A stretch of 64,000 bases of DNA from Selaginella moellendorffii (Eukaryota; Plantae; Lycopodiophyta), in contig NW_003314344.1 in NCBI RefSeq assembly GCF_000143415.4, forward strand, positions 442,336-506,335. Direction: 5' to 3'. The notes beneath the pieces are model-generated. The model was not told where the DNA came from. It saw nothing but the letters and a program-made list of their open reading frames with translations, and did no database searches. The position numbers were made by a program, and so were the translations under genes. Positions within the stretch are counted from its first letter, which is position 1. Every line of letters starts with the position of its first letter. Of the stretch, positions 39,010 to 49,277 are shown piece after piece.

Positions 39010-41048
39010 CTAGCCGAATGCGTAGGGATCGTCAGCGTAAGGGTCTAGGCATCCCTCTCCAAACAGATCGTTGCCATCGTCATCGTCATCGTCGTCATTC
39101 AAGCTCACAATCTGTCCATTACAAATGCTCGCACTGTTTTTTTCACGAACTTAGTAGAGGTTTACCTGTTTTTTGGTCGGCTTCTTTCGGCTGCTAGCTC
39201 TGGGCTTGGTTTTGGGCGTTGCCTCCTGCAAACAAATGACGCGAAGTTTTATATGAGAGCTTTGCTACGTAAGGAGGAGGCGTCTACCTTTGTGGCCGTG
39301 CTTTGAACTCTCTTCCTTTTCGCGTATGTCTTCTTGGCATCAGGTGGTGCTTCGGCCGCCTTCTTTTCAATCTGGCTCTCGAGTTTACTCTGCAGCTCTT
39401 CGATTTGATCCTTGAGTTTCTTCTCGATGTCACTTTTCTCGAGCGAGACTAGATCCAGTTCCTTCTTTTTGTCGGCCTACAAAGACAAGAATATCTGTGA
39501 TAACTTTCATACTTGCGCATATAGGCTTACCAGGTCGGCCTGTTGTTGCTGCTGTCTCTCCAAAAGTTCCTCGTTTCTGGCCTTGACCCTCTCCAGCTCC
39601 GCCTCTACCCGTGTAAGCGATGCCATATGTTTCTTCTGCAGATCTTCAACCGTATCGTTGAGTTTCTTCTCAAGCTCCCGCTTCTCAACGGCAACAAGCT
39701 CCAGCTCCTTCTTGTTGTCAGCCTGAAAGAAATCTCGTCAAATCCTGTCACGTGTTTTGTCACTGTAAGTACCAAGTCCGACTGCTGCCGGCGGTCTCTC
39801 TCCGAAAGCTCCCCGAATTTGGCCTTTGCAATCTCGAGCTCCGCCTCCACCTGATCAAGACAAGAAAATTGCGCAAGTCTTGTCAAATATTTGACAGGAA
39901 CCTTTTTCATGGACAGAAGGAGCCCGTTGTACTTCGATTGAAGCTCCTCATGCTTCGCAGAAACCTGTTCCAAAGCTTGCTTATGGCTCTCTTGTAGCTT
40001 GTTTATCTGGATAAAAACATACACATGAGAACGATTCAGTTGGTGGCTAATCACCTCGTGGCGTTTCATCTCAAGCATCGCCTGTAAGAAAGAAAAAGCG
40101 CTATGTTATGCAAGAGGCTGAACGAAAAAGCTGATTACCTGATCGTTCTTCTGCGATAACTCCCTGAGGTGTTTCGCAATGTCTGCTTGCTTGGCTTCTA
40201 ACTGAAGCTCCGATTGCTTGCGAGTTTCCAAAAGCGTCTTTTCCAGAGCGGCGATCTTCTGAGCTGCAGACTCTTGTTCCTTGAGCAGCAGCTGCTTGTA
40301 CTCGCTATTCTTCTCGGCAGTCTCGAGCTTTAGCGTAGCTTCTTGCAAGCTGGTCCGCAGCCTTGCCAAGTCCTTTTCAATTACCTCGTCCCTGGTTAGC
40401 AACCTTTCTTCAACGAGCTTCTTGGTCGCCTCAGCTAGTTCACATGAATTAGAACAAAGCAACATGGTTTTCAAAGCGATGAAAAGATGATACCTTGTTG
40501 GACTTGATTCTCAAGAGCGTGTAGAGTCTCTGTGATCTGCTCGAAGAAGGCGCTGGCTGACGAGACTTTGGTCTCCACACTGGTCCAAAGCTTTGTGTCC
40601 TCGCTGTGCTTTACTTTCAGCATGGCATTCTCGTTGGAGATTTCCTGGTTCTTCGCTTCCAATGCTCGTAGCTCCTCCTCCGCCTTCGCAAGCTTGGAGT
40701 TCTACAGAACAAGACGCTGTTGTCGAGAATGGGAATTGCAAATACAAACCGCGATTTCCAGGTCGCTCCTGACGCACGCTTGTTCTTGGAGCATTTTCTC
40801 TGATCAAGGGACAAAGAATGCCCGCATTGCTGGCCTAGATCGCGAAAAAGACTCGAAATATCACCTGCCGTGAGCTTGAGATGCGTGAAGCTCTCCCCAA
40901 CCCTGGGATTGGCGATGTCCGGAGGACGAACGATCCGCTGCTGCACAACCGGCTTGCCGATTCCAACGAGCCCTCGCAGACCTTGACGCGGCTGCTCAAA
41001 CATCTTGATGCTCGATGTCTTCTGGAGAGCGAGCTGAAGAGTAGCCAT
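39010..41048 (-). CDS. ZYP1: Synaptonemal complex transverse filament protein ZYP1, 11 exons, ~496 aa
   Basis: SFTHLKLTAEKMLQEQACVRSDLEIAN, NENAMLKVKHSEDTKLW.SVETK and terminal DLFGEGCLDPYADDPYAF match the plant ZYP1 ends. Exons (184, 50, 208, 296, 27, 105, 78, 192, 189, 60, 102 nt) join in frame through GT-AG introns. Confidence 0.9.
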
Positions 41049-41149
41049 GGCGCTGGAAACTACAAACCCTAAAGGGCTTGATTCAAATACTGCGTTAGCT
41101 ATCGGAAACAACGGCACATAAAGAGCATATTCTATTACCAACCTTCTTA

Positions 41150-42700
41150 AACAATTTTAATCATAAAGTGTTAATATTAAGAATAATCTAAAAAGATAAA
41201 CCTCTTATCATTAAGGATATTTGTATTATTCTTATATTTTATTTTCTTTTTAAAATTAAATAAGAAATAAAACATTAAAAATTATTAGGATGTAATAATA
41301 AGATTGTACAAAATCAACAAAGAACTATATTAATACAAATAAAATATGTAGTATCAGTATTTCATCTTATATTTCAAGTTAAAAATTAGTTATTAATGTA
41401 GATAAAATAAAATATCCTTTATAAAAGTAATTGATGTTATATATTGAATGGTTTTGTGGTGATTTTAAATGTTAAGAATTAGGAATTACTAAATTTAAAA
41501 ATTTTATTATATATTAAAATTAAAGCAATTTAAAATATATAATTTCACGATTGAAGATATAAATTCATTTGATTTAGACAAATTCCAATTTCAATTATTC
41601 ATACAAAAAAAGTTATTTTCATAAAATTCATAGAGTTTAACAAGCTATAATGAATCATAAAATAATTTTTATTAATTAAATTAATTGTTTATCTTTAAAA
41701 TTAATGTATAATTTTTATACTTGATCATAAATAATAAAGTGCTAACCAAAAATATTAAGGAGCCATCCCTAATTGAGGAGAGCATGACATGATTACCATA
41801 ACTGCCACACAAAAATTTGTTAGATGAAACATTTTAGGGTAATTAATATTATAAACTTTAATTAAATGTTAGGCTATTAATGCTAAATTGAACAGATTTA
41901 GTGTGTGAGTAGCAAACAATAATATAAATAAATTTTATAATTATTAATTAAAAAATTAAAAAATTAAATTTAAAGCTGAATTAAATAAGCATACTCAAAA
42001 ATGTATATATAACCCATATTTATAAACTAGAATATAATATTAAAAGATTATTATAATAAATCAATTTAAAATTTTTTTTTCTAAAAATATGAAAATATTT
42101 ACAAAACTATTCTATATACTTTGAACTTAATAAATAAGTTATAAAATTAGCTTGATAATAAACTCATTAACTATATTTAAATCATAGTTATATATTTCAT
42201 TCTTAAATTACATAGTGGGAGCAATATAAATGGCTTGACAATAAATAAGGCTCTCAGACCAAGTAATAGCAATTAAATGAATCAAACTATATTTTTATAG
42301 TGGATATAATAATCTTTTAGCAGGTAAATTAACTAAGTTGTTGTATTAGCTTTTTCAAGTAGCAGAATTTTTTTTATACAGCCATTATAATGAAATTATA
42401 AACAAAGTTATCTAGTTAGAAATAACTATTATATTTTTTACATAGTATATTTTCTGATGATATAATATAGACTATAACATAATCTTCTTTATAAATGCAT
42501 TACATAAAATCTTTTTGTAATTAAAATAACTTAATTTTAAACAATTATTAAAAACCAAAAATTTCTAAATCAATTTTGTGAACCTACCTCATAGATTTAT
42601 ACAAAATTTATAAATCATCTTTAGAATATAGTTTTAGAAATTTATTTTAAAACCTATTTAAATAACTTTTTATATAAAAGATAATTATAAATAAAACCTA
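41150..42700. other. Very AT-rich non-coding tract at the left edge of the accessory island
   Basis: Abrupt change in base composition and no credible ORFs. Confidence 0.8.
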
Positions 42701-43528
42701 CTTTTAAAAGAGAGAAACATATGTAAAGGAAATGTTGAGCACTTTTCACAATCTTGAGTTGAAAGGATACACTCAGGTTTTCAAACCATGTTGCAAGGTG
42801 TACACACCTCAATCCACTGAATAAAGTAATCAGATACAATGACAATATAATGATACCCCCTATGAAAATGGCCCATCAAGTTGTATATGACCAATTCAAA
42901 TGGACTAGAAACTTGCATAAGTGGCACTATAAAGATGTTGCCAAACATTGACAATAAAGCAGTGAATGGAGGAGATTGTTAAACCTGAATCCACGAAGAC
43001 CATCACTTTAGTAACATTAACAACACAAAAGAAAATGAATATAAACCAACCATTCATCCTCCATCAACTCCACACAGCATGCTGTGAAAGAGTGGAGGAG
43101 TACTCCTGTTATCCATGAACATCTAGATACATCCATTACTTTTCCAATTGTTCAACAGGAAACAATTCTACATCTTCACCACCAGGTGCAACTGTAGCTT
43201 GACATGGATTCCTATGTGGCAATGTACACGAGCACGACCACCACAACCACCACCGCCACCTTGTTCTTGTGTTGCTAAACTGGCTGGAGGGTCGACCTCC
43301 ATCCGCGTGGTAGACTTGCCAAGTGCAAGCTGAGGGAAGGAAGAAGTTGCAGCTCCTAATAACATCATGCCCACCACAAACAAAATAAAACAACTCCAAC
43401 CTGATAGACTCTGACATATTGGGATCCACGTCTATGTGATTACTGGGTGTTGCTACGAATGGCACTTGAGGAACATAGTAGGTCTTAATTTACAAACCAT
43501 TCAATAGGCTCAGTTTATAAATTTAGTA

Positions 43529-45329
43529 CTAATCTTCTTCGAGTAGCTCCAAGTTGAGTTGCATCACCGCTTCTTCCACTGCCTGGATCATTGCTCCAGG
43601 GAAAACATCCGGCTGCAGCTCTCGGAGTAAGATATGGAGCCGGCCCGCTTTCGAAGTCGTTGTCGTTCCAAACTTGAGAGCATAGAAAGAGAGCGCCAGA
43701 GACAACACGTCGTCCTCCTCCGCATACGGCAACATATCAGAAGGAGACCGGTACCCGACAGTTCCCACCATCTCGCTGTAAGCACGGCTCTCGCCTTTGA
43801 AGCACGACGCATCGTAGTCGTTTATCTTGAGCACGTTGCCCGGAAACACGACCAGGTTGTCTGGCTTCACGTCACGGTGAAGAACACCCTTGGAATGGAG
43901 ATGCTTGAGCCCCCGGTACGCCTGATTCCACATATCACTCATCGCTTCCATGTCGGCAATGTGCTCCCGCCCCAAAGGCTGGCCATAGCCCTCGAGCTCC
44001 AGAAAGCCAAACACGTCATTGTTCTCCCCAATGCTCACCATCCCCCAGTTCACAAGCCTCCGCACGTTGGAGTGGCCGTCGGATGCTGCATGGATGCGTC
44101 GCTCCATCTCAGCACTCGATGGCGAGCATATCTTGAGGACATTGAACGCCGATCGTCGGAGCACCACAAGAGACTTCTTGCCATAAGCCACCGGCGTCAG
44201 ATCTGAGAGCGGGATATCAGTGCTTGGTCCCACGACACGAACACTCAGCACCGGTAGATCGTACATTCGCTGCAGTTCTTCCGTATAGGAGACCAACGTA
44301 CAGAATCCAGGCATCGGTTTAGGAGGTAGAACGTCCTTCATGCTGATGCTCTCCAAGCTGGTCTCATTTAGCCACGAAAGCTTCATCAGCACAAAATCCG
44401 GACTGAAGTCGGCCAGCTGCAGAGGCAAAGGAAATCCCGGCGTCACCTGAACCTTATCCGTCTCTCGCAGGTACTTGACAATCCAGAACCTGTCCATGCG
44501 GCAAAACAGGCACCCCAGACGAGCCGTCTCATCCGTTCCCTCGATTCCCGTTTTCAGATAGTCTGCTTCCTGCTTTATCAGCGTAGCATTGGCCACCATA
44601 CCCGTCTCATCCTTATCAGTTGCATAGAAAACCTCTGTTTTCACTTCCGACACAACTCTTGGCTTGCCGCATATAAAGCCCTGCAAGCCCTGCCCACCGA
44701 AATTCAAGCCTTTCTGACCAAACGAAGCAGCTCGTAAGAAGGCCAAGACGCCGGGATAATAGGCGCTCTCCTTTGGCTTCACCTTGGCAAGCCTGAGCTC
44801 TCTCAGGCTTGTAAGGTCTACCTTGGCGGCCTCGCGCTCGAGCAAAGCTAGCCACTTTAGAGCCACAAGCATGGTACTCGACCGGCCGCCCAGTAGGATA
44901 TCCGGCTCCACGAGCATGGGCTCGTATACTTGGTAATCCTTCACCCTCTTCGTCTGACTCCTTGCGACTGTCACAGCGGTGTTTTCGTCCCTGCGTCGCT
45001 TGCCTGATCACCTAAGCCAAGAAATGAGCGGAGACCAAGAGCAAAAGACCAGTTACTTTACCTTCGGATCCACGCACATGAAGCGCAAAGCTCACAGGAA
45101 GTGGGCCGTCTGGTAAGTACTCCGGATTGTACCATCCATCGCCGGGAACGAGGACCGAATCCACAGAAGGCAGTTCTTCCTGCAGCCATCCCCGAAGGCC
45201 GGCCACATCGGGCAGAGTGCTGGGAACTGGCCTACCTCTCCTCCCCTTGTGCCGCAGCACTCCTTCGTCTAGTTCCGCTTCGCTTGTGGGATGGATGTAC
45301 AAAACGCGCTGCGCTCGCAGAAACGCCAT
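43529..45329 (-). CDS. Crinkler/CR-effector-like protein: N-terminal header + restriction-endonuclease-like domain + divergent protein kinase; intron ~45060-45004
   Basis: Kinase motifs VLK, E(RRIH), HRDVKPDN, INDYD, GTVGYRSP, DDVLSL. Upstream VVSEVK...QEADY...GCLFCRMDRFWIVK resembles a PD-(D/E)xK fold. Exon 1 ends FALHVRGSEG and splices in frame. Confidence 0.72.
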
Positions 45330-45822
45330 CCTTTGTTCTGCGTATATACTTCATACGCTTAGAGATAAACTGAACACTGACCCTAACGCTAACTTTTCTT
45401 ATTGAGGATGGAAAGAGTTTGAGCTTGCTCTGGACGAGGACGCGCGTTCAGTCATACGTTTCTGTTTCAAGGTGCTTTTGTCGTAAATGCAAAGCAATCC
45501 CATTACGGTGGAGGTGAGGAGTATGCACAATCTCTGTTCTGAGCAGCGTGTGCTTGTCCTTCATCCATGAGATCATGCCGAAAACACAATGCTAGCGATG
45601 TTGAGCTTGTCGAGCAAGTGACAAGGGTTGTCAAGGTCTCGAGGCAATATGATCTCTATTGGAATGCATGGGAGATGTTGAGAGGACATATGACCCAGGA
45701 GACTTTTCTTTCAGAGGAGGCAAGAAATCCCCAGGGGCACAAGCTGGAAACTTCCTGGTGCTGGATATAGGACCAGATAGCAACGAGGAATCCTGCGGGT
45801 TCAAGAGCAATGAATAGAAACT

Positions 45823-46291
45823 TCAAAGGTGGGAAAGAAGTTGCTGCTGCTGTGATTGCTGCTGCTGCTGCTGCTCCTCCTCAAAGTATCTCCTTATGTC
45901 TTGGAGTGTCCGCGAGCACTCGTTAACCTGTGGCACCACATATATCATCTCCAACAGAGAGAAGCGAAAAACAAGAAAGCTTACGATTTCGGTGGATCCC
46001 AGCTCCACAACTCCGTTTCGGGTGGGAACACAGACGATTGTCTGCAGCGTGGAGTACGTGAGAGATCTATACAACATGGCCAGTTCAACTTTTCGTTACC
46101 TGAATTCCTGCGCTCTGGGCACAGAGGGGAGGAGTGAAGTCAGCACGCAATCTTGGAGCACAGGTGATGAAAACAAAGGAAAAAGAATACGTTACCTTGG
46201 CAAGCTCCAGTCGCGCACAGTGAAAGTTAATGGGCTTGACAGTGTCGCAAATCCATATGTGCTGCCCAAACTGGAACGCCCGCCCTGGAAT
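45823..46291 (-). pseudogene. Truncated bHLH-MYC_N (R/TT8/GL3-like) gene fragment
   Basis: IPGRAF..GQHIWI..ARLELAK | 15-nt microexon SAGIQ (46114-46100) | TIVCVP..NGVVELGSTE | poly-Q then stop. No upstream exons and no bHLH domain visible. Confidence 0.75.
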
Positions 46292-47778
46292 GCTGCGAGT
46301 TCTCCTGGAGCTTATCAGCCTTGGAACAAGACAAGAAGCGTTCTTCTCACTTGGTTGCGATGAGAGAAGCAAATAAACAAGCGCGTGCTGCGAAGGAGTG
46401 GCGCGCGCCTTCCATATGTATATAATATTCTCTATAGTGGTTGAAGAAAAATTAGCAGTCCAAATTGCTAAAGATGAGCTATTTTTAAAGCATCTGGCAA
46501 TTTTGATAACTCATGTTAAAACCCAGGGTTTAAATCAGAAATTTTAGAAAGAGAAGATTGATGTCTTACTAAAAATTCCTTTCTGAGTTGTTTTTTGCCA
46601 CTAACTAGTTTTTCTCCATTCGAGATGCTACTTTTAATATTACTTTATAATAGTTTAGTTTGGGTAAGAAATTTTTTATGGTAATGGATATACCTAGAAT
46701 ATATTTAAATATTTGAGAATATCTAATGGTTGTTATTTATTTAGATTAATCTTGTATTTATAAATTGTAAACATGTTTATAATTATAAACTTCCATTTGA
46801 TTAATTTGATTAATAAATAGGAATAACACTACTACTAAGCCCATCAAGTGTTGCTACATACAGCACGCAATAAATTATTATTATTATTATTATTGCATGA
46901 ATTGACTTAAGCTATATAATTAAGAAGCAAATCAAGTTTTAAAATTTACATACTTATATTTTCTCAAATTAAATAGATTTATGTAGCCTTTTTCCTTGAA
47001 GGGCAATAAAATAGATTATTCTTTCAGAATATTTTTTTTTTCTAAAGGATGAATAAGTATTCCAAATGTGATGAATTTCTCTATCTATTTTATTAGTGTA
47101 TATTTTTATATTCCATTTTTCTCTTACCACCTCTTTGGTATGGCAATGAATATAATTGTATATATTTGTTATAATGCTTATATTATCTATCATATGCAAA
47201 TTTATTTATTTTTTTGAGTTGCATACAAAAATATTATGTACACAATCACTTTTCAATTGCTATATTAGCAATAAAAATGTGATTATGTGCATAATATTTT
47301 TATCATGGGATATGCCCTATACACATGGTGTGATATCCTATGCAAAAGTGATCTTACACAACATAAAGTCACTACAAATTTAATAAGCACTTTTCTGTCT
47401 TGTATCACTAAGTGTAGATTTGTGATCTTTTGATTGTGATCATTTCTTTACTCTTATTTCATGCAACTATGGCTCATTTCTTATAGTTTAGAAGCATAGT
47501 TTAATTATAACATTCCCTTGGTCCCCACATCATATGTTGCAAGAAAAGCATTTAAACCACAATAACACTCTTGAGGTGATACACCCCTTCCTAGCCTCTT
47601 AACCTATAGTATTAAGATATCAGTGTGCTGTACATTGGTGTAAGTTTTTGAATTTTCATTTTCTAGGAAATCATCTAACTCAATATTATTCAAACTCAAA
47701 TATCCCAAAAATTCTTAACTAATTAAAAAAAAAGTTGCCCTTATATTTGAATTCTTATAGATAGAATTGTTTTAAACA

Positions 47779-48068
47779 TATGCTTTATTTCGTTAAAGTG
47801 GGACTTTTCATTATCCCACTTATGGTGTGTGGCCACATGCCATTTTTATAACAACAATAAAAAATTAAAGTTTTAACTTTATAATTTATAAATTAAAAAC
47901 TTTTCATATGATTTTGTGTTATAATATTGTGAAATATAAAAAAATAAATTAAAAAACTGATAGAAATATTAATAAATATTAATTAAGTACTAGAAAATGG
48001 CATGTGGACACATGCTAATTAATGTCCCACTTTACTGAATAAGTCCCACTTTAACGAAATAAAGCATA
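47779..48068. mobile_element. MITE (~290 bp) with 28-bp perfect terminal inverted repeats, nested in the left arm
   Basis: tatgctttatttcgttaaagtgggactt ... aagtcccactttaacgaaataaagcata, with TA at both termini and subterminal ccacatgccatttt/aaaatggcatgtgg. Absent from the right arm. Confidence 0.85.
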
Positions 48069-48853
48069 CATCACAACTACAAGCCCTAACCCAAAGTGTA
48101 AACCCTTCTAACATATTAAAAAAATTTTACATATGGGCATGCAATGGTGCCTTTCTAAATTAGTGTCATATATACAATTTTCTATTGAATCAATGTAAAA
48201 AAAAGTTGTGTTTTAAAGTATAATTTGTGAGTCACACATGTGTATTACAATAATTTAAACACAAGTTGCCTATCTAAGATACACTTCCCCTCATATTACC
48301 AAGTAACTCACATGTTTTATGTGAGGATAACTAAGGTAAGCTTAAGGAAGAACCATCCCCACTACCCAACAAGAGCCACTTGACAGTCAAGGACAAGAAA
48401 AGAACTTTCAAAATCTTTAAGCTTTTGCATTTTAAAAGTTTCTTTGTTTTGAAAGTTAGCCCTTAAAAACAAATTTCTACCCTTTTCAAAAATGGTAAAA
48501 AAAAAATTATTTTCTTTACCCCACCTCAAATTCATGCCATTCCACCAATGTCATTCCGCACACAATATTTCATTTTCAACTAACATAATATATTTTATTA
48601 CTGTTTACATAGTCTCAGTGTCACAGATTTAGGATTCGGACAATTTCTTTTGCAGCTCTGGCCAGTGTTAAAGCTGACATATAGCATGTGAATACATACT
48701 ACGTTATGTACAATGTTTTACAGCAAGCATACACGTAGCTCAATATAATTGGTTGCTTGCAGCAGCACGTTTTAAATATAACCAGCTCTAGAATATATAA
48801 ACTGTAGGCTTCCAAGATTCCTAGCGCTCATTCAATCGGTTGTATCCAGTCTC

Positions 48854-49277
48854 ATGCCAATGGCTCTCCGCTTTACTCTTTTTCTTGCTGTAGCATGCAC
48901 CATGGCAACGTTTATGGCATCTGCTCGTCCTGCTAATATCGGTGAGTGTGAGATGTGGTTCAGGTTTCTTGGTCACTCACATTCCCTGTGCTGCAGGAGA
49001 AGAGGTTTACGACATAACTCGGCAGAACAAGGAGGTAGCTGGCTTCGCTGAAGATCATCCTGTTAACACTGGTGAGTGTGAGGTTTCATTGGCTCTTTTG
49101 GTCACTAAGATTCTGTGTGATGCAGAAGATGATCATGGGGATCCAGCTCTCACCTTGAAGAGTTGTGCCGGCAAGGGCCACAGCTGTGCACCGTTCTATG
49201 TTCCACAGGGAGTACAGTGCTGTTCGGGGCTCCACTGCGTGGCAGCCATCTTTGGTGTTGGTGGATGGTGTGCATGA
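48854..49277 (+). CDS. Secreted knottin (inhibitor cystine knot) peptide precursor; exons 48854-48941, 48997-49071, 49126-49277; 104 aa
   Basis: Signal peptide MALRFTLFLAVACTMATFMASA, acidic pro-region, then mature SCAGKGHSCAPFYVPQGVQCCSGLHCVAAIFGVGGWCA (C-x6-C-x10-CC-x4-C-x10-C). TATA-like tatataa at ~48794. Both introns are phase-1 GT-AG. Confidence 0.85.

Noticed and set aside
42840-43480. Coding-like patch (Gly-rich, intron-like signals) on the minus strand
   Set aside because: Multiple stops and frameshifts and no recognisable domain. Probably a decayed element, but it cannot be assigned.
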